Origin: Schmidtea polychroa
Lineage: Eukaryota
Length of the DNA: 64,000 bases
Assembly (NCBI GenBank): GCA_044892525.1
Contig: CM097888.1
Coordinates: 49,104,001 to 49,168,000, forward strand
Reading direction: 5' to 3'
Below, one piece after another: positions 24,601-38,900 of the stretch (within the stretch, counting starts at the first letter, position 1; each line of letters begins with the position of its first letter). The translations under genes were made by a program, and so were the position numbers. Below the pieces are notes generated by a model that was not told the origin of the DNA, did not search any database, and saw nothing but the letters and a program-made list of their open reading frames with translations.

Positions 24601-27600
24601 GGGACGGATAGAAAAGCCTTTGGATTCGGTTTTAAATGGGATTGCATTTATTTGTACTGATGAAAATCCAATAGCCTCAAAACTAGACAGTCATTAGATA
24701 TTGCATTGAATTGTACTGGTAATACAGTTGAGTTATAATTCTGTTTATAATAAAACACTATATTTACTAGATGTTATTATTTTTAAATTAATATTAAATT
24801 ATTTATAATTTTAAATTAAATGTCTAATAAAATTGAAAAAATGGAGATTACCAATTTCAATTTTTGATCGACAGTTTTTAATCAGAATTGTGTAAAAGTA
24901 ATTTAAACAAATAAATGAGATTTGGATCTCTAGTTTACGTTACTTCGGTTTTAGAATATTCGTCTATTGAAGCTCTTGAATCAACTGGAAATCATACTCG
25001 TTCAGAATCATTTTAATACATATACAATTAGTCATTCCTAACAATTCTGTACTGAATTCTCCTCTTTTATACTCAACAATCAATTTTTGGTTTATTGTAA
25101 AAGTTCACTCATCCGACAGCCAATTGTTTTAATATAAAATTTATTTTATAAAATAAAAATATTTTTTCATTTTTATATGTCTTTCTCTTTCAAAGTAAGA
25201 CTACCAAGTTAGGAAAATTCCATCTAAATAATGCAACTTCCTTTGAATCTTCTATAGTATTTTCTTAATTTCTTTGAAAGTAAGTTCTGGTGTTATGATT
25301 GACATAATTTCTTTAGTATTTCTGATTGTCGCTGAAATTCAAATATTGCAAAGCCAAATTTTAAGATTTTCAAGTGTGACATTTATACTGTCTTAAACGT
25401 CTTTTTAATTTCTTACATTTTATTTAAATATTATTAACCTGTAATTTTATGGTCCTGGTCAGTAACTTAAATGTAGAACAATTTCCTGATCTGTCTATAT
25501 CAGTATTTCTCAACCACCGGTCTGCAACTCTAATCTGACCGGTCCGAGAAACCCTTAAAAATATAAATACAGACTAATGACACATTTTTGAGTAATATTT
25601 GAGTAACTGTTAAAATTTAATTGTAAAAAAATCAACCATAAAAACATGGTTTTGGAAACTCTATATCTCACTCTCCTAATTTCAACATATTTTAGATATA
25701 ATTACGGTAATTGATAAGAATATATATTGAAATAAAGGAATAACACTAGATTTGACATATCAATATAATTTTTATTTAACCCACTTTCCGTGATCAGATA
25801 ATCTGAAATTTTGATAGCATGCAGTGTTCTCAGCAATAAATATACTTGCAAAATTTCAGCTCAATCGGATCACGGAAAGCAGGTTAATTTGACCTCACAA
25901 TATTTGCGTGGCACATACAAACATACAAACATCAGCGAAGTTAATATAGAGAGTAAATATATTTACTGTTCAATGTCATTTATAGTTGAAAAAACTTTAG
26001 GAAAATATTTTTTAATATAATTTTATCTTTTTTGTAGAAACTTACAATATTTTAATTTATTACATTTAAACGAAATATTTTTTATTTTATTTTTACAGTG
26101 TTGAGTAATTGTAAAAATTTTGTTTCAAATTTCGTTTTATTATTTTATGTTAATATATTCAAGAAAAATAATTAATTGTAAAAATAGTTTACAATATCAA
26201 ATATTAAATAGTAAAAAATAAAAAAGTAATCTTTATATAAATAAAAATGAAATTTTAATATATTAAATTTGAATTTAAATAATTATTATAATAAACAAGA
26301 CACATTTCAAAAAATTTTTTAAAACTAATTTCAAGTTGCGATTTTATCTTAAATTTTTGATTGAAAATCAGAAACTCTTAAAATTTGACAACTGAAAATA
26401 GATAAGAATCCGTTTCTCTCTATTTATTTACAATTATTATATTGACAATTGAAATTTATTTTTATTTAATTTTAACATTTCGCACTATAATTAACCATAA
26501 ATCATTTGATATGCATTGAATTTTTCTAATTTTCTTAAAATGTATTTTTATTTAAAAAAAATTTAAATAGTAAAGTTTTCGTATGGGACACTTTTAAGGT
26601 ATTTAGAGATTTTGTGACATACGAAGACCTTTTAATAAGGCCGTTAAAATATTTATAAGGCCATTTTGTAGGCTTGCGCTACATTGAATGAAAACCTTTT
26701 GTGACAACCCCACTTTTAAAAAGAGCGTATTTATGAATCTATTTTAAAACTATTCGTATATTGTAATACAATTTAAGAGCAATTTATATCAAAATAAACA
26801 AAAATACTAGACAGAAAATGTATAAAAATAATAAACGAAACTTAAACAAATAAATTACATGATAAGACTTTGCTGCTAAAATCTTTTCAATTCAAAAATA
26901 GTTTGGAGTCAGGCTTTATGTGTAACTTTTTGATTTCCTATCATGGTAACGCACTCTAAATATCCGTGTGCATTAGGTCGGTCATTCAAAATGATCGTAA
27001 CAGCGCTTTGACTCTACTCATTTTTATTAGCTAATACACCCGTTTGCAATGAATAAACGAGTCTATAATGTTAAAAGAAATCAATAAGTTTATATTATAT
27101 AAACACACAAACTTATCTGTGTGTTGAATTTTAGGATTGCAATGAATAAACTTATTTAATATACAAAGTTTTTTGTGTGACAGAAAATGTTTTTCAATAT
27201 TGATTTTTCTAGAAAGATTCCGTCTTGAAGTATATGGTCACGTTTTAAGGGTTTATAATGTATTTTATAAATTTTAATAAATTGATTATGAATTTGTTTA
27301 TAACCAAGTTTTAATTTGTACGTATTTAACGTATGTAATATAACCCTGGTAAATAAACACAAAACTGATACTTTTTATTTTTGTTCTCCTCTTTGCTTTG
27401 CTTGATGACCTCTCTCTCAATGTTTAAACTATTTTTATATCATTAGTAAGATAATCTAAGTCATTTGGGACAGAAACACTTGAATCGTGGGAAAATATCT
27501 GATTTTTTTCCTACTTTTTTCTTTCCACTTTGAGCAAAATTTATGTTACTGGAGATTTTTAATGATAAATTAGCGCTATAAATTTTGAATTTCTGTGTGT

Positions 27601-30600
27601 AGGTTTAAAAATACACTGCTCTGGTCTTTGCTTAATTTCATTTATTTTTATTTTGACTAAAAATTCAATCCCGATTTCTGTTAGATAGAAAAAGTAATTT
27701 TTGATATAGAGTCATAATAAGTTTCGGATGACAAATTTGAGAGTTAAAAAATATAGAAATGCAAAAACTAATTAAAAAAAATTTATAATTAAAATAATAT
27801 ATAATTAAATTTTTACAACATTTATAAAACATTAAAATTTTATTAAAAAGAACTTTTTTCAACCATTGATTTCTTTTCAATTGATATTGTATTTATTAAA
27901 AAATATATATCAAAATAAATAATATCAAATATATATATCAAAAAAACATCGATATACTTACTGATTCATAGTGAAGCTTTTTAATTAATAAAAAATAATT
28001 TTAAATAAAAATAAACTTATTATTATATTGAATGATTGTGGAATTCTGAAAATCCGAAAATTTCGTTATAAGATTTTGTTTATTGTAAATAAATATTATC
28101 ATATTGAATTAATAAAAGCTTTTTTATCAGACACCGAAAATAATTTTTGTATATAAATATTTCTATTTTAATTAAATGCATTAGTTAGAGGGAAGCATGT
28201 ATGTTTATAATACTTTCTATGTTATTTCTATGTTTATTATATGTAAATTTTGGATAACCTCAATATTGTTTATAGCAATTATGTTATTATCATTACAAGG
28301 GTAAAAATACAAGAGTAAGGTATTTATTTCATAGATTGCATGTGGATTGCATTTATATTGCAATTTCTTTGTTATACTAACATTTATGGTGGTTTCTACG
28401 GATGATTTTTGCATTAATCAAGAGTTAGAGTTTTCTATGATAATTTGCATATGTGAGGAATCTTATCAGTGGAAATTGATTCTAAAAACACTAAAATAGT
28501 AAATTATGCGACAATATATTGGGTAAATTAACACATTTAGTAATAGTTTCTGATAAATATTGTTGATAATGATAAGAATGGTTGAAATTTTTGATAAAGT
28601 AGTGAAAATAAAATGAAAGTAATAAAAATATTGATGTCGAAGTAAAGTAATGATGAATAAAGTATTGAATGTGGTTGATGTGCCGGTAAAGAAGATAATG
28701 GATAGTTTAAACCAGTGGTTCTTAATCTGGAGTACGTGAAAACATTTTTGGGAGTGCAAGTGAAGTCTTTAAATTTTTAATAGAAACTATCACCTGTGAG
28801 AAACGTCTATTTTTGAAACTTACAAAGTATTGTCATAAGTAAATGGACATCCCATAAAATAGAAAAAATGCTTTAAATCATTAGTAACATCACATTACAA
28901 GAACTATAATATAGTTAAAATACAAAATTTACATACCCCTATTGACAGGGATCCTATATTGTGTCAATTTCGTAATTCAGGAAAATCCAGTGTCAACCCT
29001 TGTAGTGGGCGACCAAATTCATCGGAGCGTACTCTACGGTCTGTGCCACGAAGTGATGAGTCTGATCACCGTACAACAGTTTCTCAAATTACAAAAGAAG
29101 CTGCTATATCTGCGTTTAATGCACGGCGTTATTTGAAGAGGATGGGATACAATGGCAGAGCTGCAAGACGAAAGCCACTTTTGAAATAATGAAAATTCAA
29201 AAGCAAGAAATCCTCGAATTAAAATTTGGAAAATGGGTTAGATGTAAAGTAGATGATGGGAAAGATTATGGCGAGAACGGATTCGTCAGAATATGTTCAA
29301 AAAGGGTCGAAATGCAAGAAAACGTACAAAAACAAAAAAGAGTTAATTAATTAATTATTTAAGAAAATCCCGAGTTAAGTAAACAGAACGAAAAGTAAAT
29401 AAAGTGGATTCTGGATAAACATTATTATGACAACATGAAAACGGGAAAAAGAATATTGCAAGGAAAACACACGATGAGATTATTAATTTTTTCTTTCGAA
29501 GGAGAAAAGATGAATAAGATCGCGAGGCAAAGCTTGTCAATGGAGACAATCTAGTCGAAACGTTATTAATCAAGGCGATTATTTCAATTATATAAGGGAG
29601 TTCAAATTCATAAACAATTGGCATTTTGCCTGAAGTAGGGACGAAGAAATCTACAGTAAGATTAAAGGAAAAATTAAAGTCAGAAAATAGAATTAACTTA
29701 AGTCAAAGGAGTAAAAAAAAGAGGTGATTGTTGTTGCAGAACGTGCATAACCAAAGCGGTTACAGTGAGACTATGGATTGCAATATCGATAATCGATAAA
29801 TCGATAAACCGATTATTCGGACAAAAATATCATTTTAAAATTATCGATAAATCCTCTAAATATTATCGATAATTCGATAAATAAACCAACACACATTTTT
29901 CAATTTCTGAAAAAGTTTTTCAAAATTTTCTATAGTTTAATTTTTCAAAATTAAAAATTTCAACAGTATGCAACAGTAGGCTTTGTTTTTACAATTAAAC
30001 TGTGAAATTTAATGGTTACTACTAGTAACTTACTAGAATATTTTTAAAAAATTGAAATTGTTTGTTTGTAAAATTGTTAAATTTGAACTTCTACATTTTG
30101 CGAGACTTATTCAATAGTCAGAATAGGCATTTGATTGCGATATTCGGAGTTTTATAAATTGTAGATTATACGAATTTGATAACAAATATACTTCAAGTGT
30201 TGTTTGTTTAAGTGTTTTTACAGAACACGTGGAGTCAGAAACTTTGAGCACTTACACATGATATAACGAAAAGGCAAATGAAGTGTAAAACTATTGACTA
30301 GATAACAGCAAAATAGAGATGATATTGATGATGTTTGATAAAAAGAAAGAGTGAATATAAAAATATAATGTTTAATGATAAATTAACAAAGCAATAGGAA
30401 TAAGCGATGAAAATGGTGGTCATTTTGGAGATTTTTCCTCTTTGTGCCTTACTGTCTTTACATATAATTTAGCCTCGCTCAATTATTTTATGAATAAATA
30501 TAAAGCAATAAAGTTATTATACTTTACCTCCGGCAGAAAATGTGGAGTTCAATAAGAAAAAAATGTTGGAAATTTTTTTTGTTTATATTTCCAAATGTTT

Positions 30601-33600
30601 GTTAGGCAATTAATAAATAAATGGCGCTCAAATAGTTTGACACACATAAAAAATTAAGTGACAGCCTTGTTGAATTGAAGTTTCAAATCAATGCAACTTT
30701 ATTTGTATTATTCTTTGTTTTACTAGATATCTGTAACTATTTCATAATTAATTACAATTTTAAATGTATATCATATTTTTGAACGGAAGGAATATATTAG
30801 ATAATGAAATATGAATATGTAATAATAATAAATAATAAAAAATTTGTCCATGTCATATTTATTGTCTATTATTTATGTTTTATTGGCAACTGAAATGGCA
30901 TTGCGCCAAATTATTGTGTCAATTTCATAATGAATTTTTGTTTATCTAAACTGACTAGTCAAATTTATTTCATAATAATTTTCTCTCTGTATTTCATATT
31001 ATCTCTGGATTATGATTATTATATTTGATATTAGGATTTGTTTAAATCTGTCAAACAAATTGAGGGGAAATTCACTTTAAATTATAGTGTCAAATTGAGA
31101 CTGATGAAATATGTTTTCCCAGTCTCGAATGTCTACTCGTTGTAGAATCGAGTCACAGGAAATCATGAAAATTTGTTTACTTACGTTTGAGTTATAAACA
31201 ATAAATAAATACAATAAGAATATTTTGGATGTTACTAATTTTTTTATTTTTACTCCCAATTTCGATTTGGACTCTCACGATTGCGGATGAATGCTTTTTC
31301 CTGTCAGTTTACTTGGTTCCGTAATTCATATGTATTGTTTAATTCGGATTAGCACTAATTTGTTGCAAACAATTCCCTATGAATCGTACAATTTGGTGTC
31401 CTGGTTCTCTGTTTAGTGCCTTCTCTCGACCATACCATTTTTCTGTAAATCCCATCCGTTTTATTTCTCTTTGTTATCTTCTCCCTCATAATAACTGACG
31501 AACTTGTCACTCACATGAGTGGTTGTCGTTGGCATAAATTCCGCGTTCAGAGATTAATGAAGTAGGCAATAAATTTAGGATTTTTTATTTTATAAATTTG
31601 AATTTGACTAACTTGATTCAGTTTAGTGAGTAGATAATAAATATACTCTGAAGTTAAATTAAAACAAAAATTTATGTCTCTCAAGATACTANNNNNNNNN
31701 NNNNNNNNNNNNNNNNNNNNNNNNNNNNNNNNNNNNNNNNNNNNNNNNNNNNNNNNNNNNNNNNNNNNNNNNNNNNNNNNNNNNNNNNNNNNNNNNNNNN
31801 NNNNNNNNNNNNNNNNNNNNNNNNNNNNNNNNNNNNNNNNNNNNNNNNNNNNNNNNNNNNNNNNNNNNNNNNNNNNNNNNNNNNNNNNNNNNNNNNNNNN
31901 NNNNNNNNNNNNNNNNNNNNNNNNNNNNNNNNNNNNNNNNNNNNNNNNNNNNNNNNNNNNNNNNNNNNNNNNNNNNNNCGTCATAGGCTAGATATCTTAA
32001 GAGGTTATTGTTTTGTCAAAAGCCTTTTTTAATGCAATTTGTCTCCTTTTGATCTCCTTTTCTTGAATAATTTATTTTCTTTATTTTCATTTCTAGTTAC
32101 ACTTTAAATAATTGAAAGTAGTTTCAACTTGAATATAATGAAAATAAAATATTTATTATTTATTTTTCTCTTGATCTCAAGTAAAAAGAAATTTAACTGA
32201 TCCTTAAAGACAATATAATAGACAATATGCATAATTTTTGTATTTTAATTCTGATCTCCCGAAATTACAGACATATTCATTAATACATTTCAATGACATT
32301 TCTAAATTGAATCGGAAATTTATGAATAATTAATCTCCATCATTGTGTCAAGCCTGGGAAACCAATTTATTGAAACATAGAATAATTCTCTGAATACTTT
32401 AGAGCCTCAGCCTATCAAGGCAACAGTCTGTGGATGTTCTCGCTGCAGAATCAAACGACCATGCAGAGAATACGGACATAAAACCTACAGACTACCCAGA
32501 CGAATTCACAACCGACACAGAAAACTCTCTCCACAGCAAAACAATTATATATCCAGTGCCTTTGACTGATTCTCAACACACAGTTGGGAAAATCCAACAA
32601 AACAAGTATTATAATAATAATTCATTTTTTTTCAGAATTGATCACTTGAAATTCTCTGTTTTACAGGAAATACAATGAGGAGAAAAATTGCTATTCATCA
32701 TATGTCCACACTGAAACAATAACATCCCAATGTTGTGAGCAGACGCACTATCCTTCATCCTTAACTCTCATTGGTAAGCATGCGTCAACTGAAAGAAATC
32801 CAGCTCTCTGCAATAAAATCTCTGATACCAGAGAAGCAAAATTTCCCAGTTCTATATCAAAAATAGTAAATGAACAATCCAACGAACAAACAGCTCATAC
32901 AACAACTGTTTCAACATCAACACCAAATAAAGTCTCGTCAGAAAAATTCACTGCCTACACTAGCTACAGTCGCGCTGCAAAAAACTCTCTACTTAATAAA
33001 CTATGTATACAATTGCAGGTTCCAACTCACATTAAAAATAGAAAGTCACTCATCAATGAAGAAATTCTTCTCGTCACTCAAATTAAAAGACAACATTTGA
33101 AAGATTTCGTTCAGATTCAAAATGTGGAATTACAGCTGAATCATTTACGTAATATCGAAAAACAGCAAATGACAGAAATCCAAGACAAAATGGCAGAAAT
33201 ACAAAACGCGAAATCCGGTTTGTCGTATCCTCGTTTGTCGAAATCTCGTTACGTTCCAAATTACGTCTCTAATACTGATAATAGTTATTATTACTACGCT
33301 CCCCAACGAAATCATTATCGCTATCCCTATCCTCAATATTACTATCAAAATCCGTATCCTTATCGGCAAGATCAAGTTTACAAATGCGATCCGAATTTTG
33401 ACGATCAGAGATCAACATATTCCATTCACTCCTCTCCACAATGCCTTAGTTATGGGGGTTCTTATCCGCGAGAAATGAAATATAATCCTTACTACTACAT
33501 TGATCCTCCGGTGACATCCTCAAGAAACTTTTCCCGGTCTACCGATCAAATAGCGATGCATAATTTCCCTAATTATCCAATGGAAATGTCACACTCCGAT

Positions 33601-35889
33601 CAAGGTCTATTTAATATGACGTATAATTATCCATATAAAATGAATGATCGCTTTGCCTTTAACATTGATATAGAATTGATGCAAAAAGAACAACGAGTAC
33701 TGGAATTGGAAAGAGAAATCGAATTGAGAAAACGACAAATTGAAGAAACAATACGCTACCAAGAGGAATTGTTACAACTAGCCGAGCTAAATAACGTCAA
33801 CGTAAATGAATACAAAAACAATTACGTCCAGAATAACAATCAGCCAATCATGGATTACGATGTCGTCAATGAATATTACGTCAACGAGAAATCTCAATCA
33901 AGGCAATATTCGGATGAATTAATAAATCCGTATTATCCATATGACGATCTGCCTCCAAATCATCAACAATTCGCTAGTTATTACGACAATCTTTACCAAC
34001 AAAATGAGCCTAGAGATAGCATTTGTTATGCGGAGCCAGTATTCCAACAGGATCCCTATTATTCACAGCAATATCTCCAAAATGTGGAGGGGTCAAATAT
34101 CTACGGAAAACATCAGGAGACCAGCACTGGAAATATGTTCGACCAACAACAGCCGAGATATTCATCTAAATCGTATACAACAGAAAAAAGACCCCCGGGT
34201 AACTCATCAGCCCATGACCAAATTGATTACATCATACAAATGGATAAAGATAATGATAAATCTCATAATATTTCTAACAACAACAACAGCAATAACAATA
34301 ATAATAATAATAACAATAATAATAAGATCGCTTATAAACAAGTGCGACCATTGTCCGGTGAATATGAAAATGTGGCACCTTTAGGTCAGTTTTGTTTTAA
34401 TTTTTATTTCAAAAAATTTATTTTTANNNNNNNNNNNNNNNNNNNNNNNNNNNNNNNNNNNNNNNNNNNNNNNNNNNNNNNNNNNNNNNNNNNNNNNNNN
34501 NNNNNNNNNNNNNNNNNNNNNNNNNNNNNNNNNNNNNNNNNNNNNNNNNNNNNNNNNNNNNNNNNTCAAACTATTGTTGAATTGTGTACAGATCTTGTTT
34601 ATCAATTTACATGTAATGAGTGCAACACCACATACACTAGAGAGACTTCTCGTCATTTTTGTACCCTAGTTTTTGAACATTAACCAATAATAGTGAGCGC
34701 AATAATCCCTATTTGAGTATAATAAGTATGATTTTAGAATAATTATTGGGAAAGTTTAATATGTAAAGCGTTGTTGATAAAAAATCATTAGAATAATGTG
34801 GAAAATACTGTGAACACTTGTGCTTTGAATGTCTTTTAAAATGTGTCGGTGGTAAATTGTGATTATTTGGATTGTTGTTGTTTTTAAATGTATATTTTTT
34901 AATATAATTTTTTAATAATAAATCAAATTAATTATATTATAAATTAAATTAAAAATTAAATTAAATTTATTAATTTTAATTTTCCTTTTCACCCACTTGA
35001 AAATGCAAATAAAAGAAATTATTTATTAATTTTAAAAAGTCAGAAATTTACCAAAAAATATATTTATGTTATCAATGATTTATGTAAGTTGTCTGATCTG
35101 CAATATTTATATTTGGGAGTTATTATTTATTTATTTTTTAGCTCATTGGTTATTCATTTCTATTTGACAAATGAAGTGATTAAAACAATCAATTCATTCC
35201 TTTAAATTTGGAGAAATTTATTTCTCTTGACTGTCTGAGTTCTTTTTTTATTAAATTATTTTTATCCGAGTAATATTTAAATAAAAATTCAAGGTCAATT
35301 TGAAATTTTATGAAATACTTCTTCATAATTAAGTGAAAAAGAGCCGTTTTAAACAAACAAAATTTTTCATTTCTTTTAAAAATGAAAATAAAAAGATCTA
35401 GCTCTTGGTAATTGGTTTTTATAGCCTAACGTTTCTATAGGAGACTAGTTCTTTTTATATAGGTGTTTTAATTTTTGATTTTTGCTTTCTTTTTTTATGT
35501 CTTTATAGATCACTATAATGTCTAAGTTTTCTTATTTCATTTTGTAATTTCTTTATTGCGAAGGAGTAAATATTAATTCCAAAGACAAACTCAGGTGGCG
35601 CTTATAATTCTTGTGGGGTGAAATGTTTCTACAAACGAACTCGTATATATTGGCAGATTAGGAGCGAGTTCTTGCACCATTTTGCTACCCACTGCATTGC
35701 GGATGGTATGATGTGATTCAATTAGGATTAATGTTCATATCTCTACAGTATCTAATAATTTTAATATTTTATTCATGTTAGAAGTTGAAATAGCATCATT
35801 TCATGAGATTGAGCAATCGGTCTTTTTGAAATTTATGCGTTTTTCAAAGAAATGAATAATTCGAAAGTGACTTCTTGAATGGATTCTCC

Positions 35890-35959
<70 letters not shown>

Positions 35960-38900
35960 TCATTCTAATCAAATCAATTATATATTTATAAAACCAATTA
36001 TTTTTCAGTTTTACGTAGATTTATATTATTGTTACAAAATTAAAATGATTCAAAATCTTTTTCGCCATTTCATAAATAAATAAAAACTCTGACAAATTAA
36101 TATTTAAATTCTATTTATAAATTTAATTTATGAACAAAATTTTCATTTGAAATATTAATTTTACAAACATGAAATTTATTGTTCACAATCGATTTGATTT
36201 CATCGTGTCCTTGTGCAATTGTTTTAAATAATTACATATTGTTGTTTCCAAGGTTACGTAAATTTTCATTTATTTGTGATAAGAAAATAATTCTCGTTTA
36301 AACTCAAATGAAATAGATTATTGTTGCATTTTTTTTTCATTGAAATAATGAAATAATTTCTGTCATTATTTGCATTATAAATGCGTTTAGGCGCGTTCGA
36401 GAATAAATTATTTGCATTGAAAGATTTTATTGCCACATAATTCAATCCGATATTTTATTAGGCTCATTTTTCAATTAGAATGAGAAATGAATTTTTTGTT
36501 GAGATTTCACTCGGCTTTGGGATTTCTCTTAGTCATTGCCATTGAAAAAAAATTTTTTCAAATAAATTTTCTTGCGCAAAAATCTTGTCTAAGTAACAAA
36601 AAATCATCTTTGTGTATGTTTGTTTGTCTGAGGCTAAAAAAATTTTTGAATGGTGAGATTAGACAGTGACCTTGTTAGGGTGTTTGTCGCCGGAGGGTAA
36701 GAGTCATGTTTTGCCCCTTTCCTAACTCGGAAAGCTATCATTTTATCAAATTAGGTAAAAGTTATTCAATCAAACAATATCTGGATCATTCATTTGGACG
36801 AACAATCATCATTATCTTTCAGTAATTTACTGCGAAGGCATACCAGATTATATTACAATGATGCGATAGTACATAAAAAAACAGAACATTAAAACAACCC
36901 ATGTTCCAAATACCGCAATACCAAAATATTCAAACCGACCTGCAAAAATTATATGCAAATAATATAAAGCAGAAAAATAAAATTAAATATATACTACTCA
37001 CAACAACTCCATAATAAAAAAAATTCAACCAGTAATTCTCGACCTGTTCTGGCTTGTCGCACTGTAAATTAATCTTAGAAATTTCGCAGCACATCTGGAA
37101 GGACGTAAAAAAATTTACGGAATAAGTTTTGTCTAATGTAATTCTTATTTATTTTTCATTGTTGTCCCCCTCCCTTCGTAGGAAAAGAAGCGGAAAAATC
37201 TATAGTAAAGCATTTACTATAGAGATAAGAATTCAAAAAAAGGAAATTGATGAAAATAATAGAAAAGTAGGATTTCGTATAGATTTGTATTATCCCTAGC
37301 AATTTTAAATATTTTATAAACTCCTCACGGTACTCACTGCATAAAACTCAACATAAATATAGATATACCATACTCTATCAATAACACCAATTTAACACCT
37401 TCATTGCTATTATATTAAAATTTATTAATTAAAATTAGTATATTAAAATTTTCACAATTGTTGGGCATTTATGAAAGTCGGTATCAATATCTGACTCCTC
37501 GGTGTCCTTAGTTAAGTAAATCGAACAACCCAATACAATAACTTGTATTCATAATCACCACAATTTTATTTATTTACCAAATTTGATACCACAATTTCAC
37601 TTTCAATGACACTTATTTCTACACAATTGTCAATAACACTTTTAGTCTGGCGTAAGGATAAGTTTTCCAACGAGAGATATCCCTTTCTGTTACGCTAAGA
37701 CTCAACTTGATTTGGTTATTAAGGAGTTTAAAAATCGCTTAAAAATTACTTTTGAATTCTTCAAGCTTCTTTTATCGACCAAATGTCAATTCTGTTGTCT
37801 TGCCTGCTCTTTTATACTCGTCCTGTAATTAAATTCTTTTCTAATCAAATTAAATTTGTCATTTTTGGGCATCTCTCTCGCCAGGCTTCTCCATGCTAAT
37901 CTAATTTGTTTTCAATTGGAAGTTTTCAGATATTCGAGCAATTCATTCATTTTTATGGTAATTTTGCCCAATTATTTAATTTACAGTCGGGTTTTCCATT
38001 AGATAATTAATTTAAATTTTTGTTTGACATCCGTACATACCAGTTTCCCCCGGGAAATATTTATTTTAATTCTTTTTAGATTTTTTATTAATATATTTGT
38101 ACTTTAATTATTATTGTGAATTTGATGATTTTTATTTTTGTGTCTATTACATCAAACCCGAACACAATTTAAATTAAATATAACTAAATATATTTGTTTA
38201 TATAATTCATTTCTTATTTCGTTTTCTTTTTAAATAAAAATTCAACATGCCTAGCAAGATTACTGAAGTTATCGCTTAGTTAAATCAACAGAAGAAAATT
38301 TACCAAACAAGTTCAATACGATACGGAAATCAGGGAAGCAGAGAAAAATAGTTTTTTAAATAGATATTTTTATAAAATTGTTTTACTTTACAGCTAAAAT
38401 CAAAATATGTCTCAAGTGTATTGTTGTTGCTAAACTGTAACAAATAACAAAATTTCTTTTTTCATGGGCCTTTGTTGGATAAATAAACGGTTATTGTACT
38501 AAATTTTATTTACACTTATTGCAATAATTATCTGATTCTTTAAAAAAATGAGAAATGAAATGTTTACATAATATGTAGGGCCTGAAACATGCACATGTAA
38601 TTTTATTTAATTTTACTAAGTTCTTTTAATTATTTAAATTAAAATTACATATGCATTATTGAATAAATAAACAAAAATTATGTTGTTTAAATATTATCAT
38701 TATCTGACACTTTATTTGCAAAACTAAAAAAATGTACTCAAATTCTTAAAATGTAACAATTTGTGGAACATGGAACCGCTTTACCTCTTTATTAAACATA
38801 ATCGCATATCAATCCTTTAGTTCTTCATATATTTCTGTACTATCACTATTCAAAGTTCACCTAATGGAAAATTTCAGATCGCATTTCAAATTTAAAAAGC

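Noticed and set aside
33145-34384. Antisense and alternate-frame ORFs (33145..33375, 33941..34384) as overlapping genes
   Set aside because: Shadows of the real exon's biased composition.
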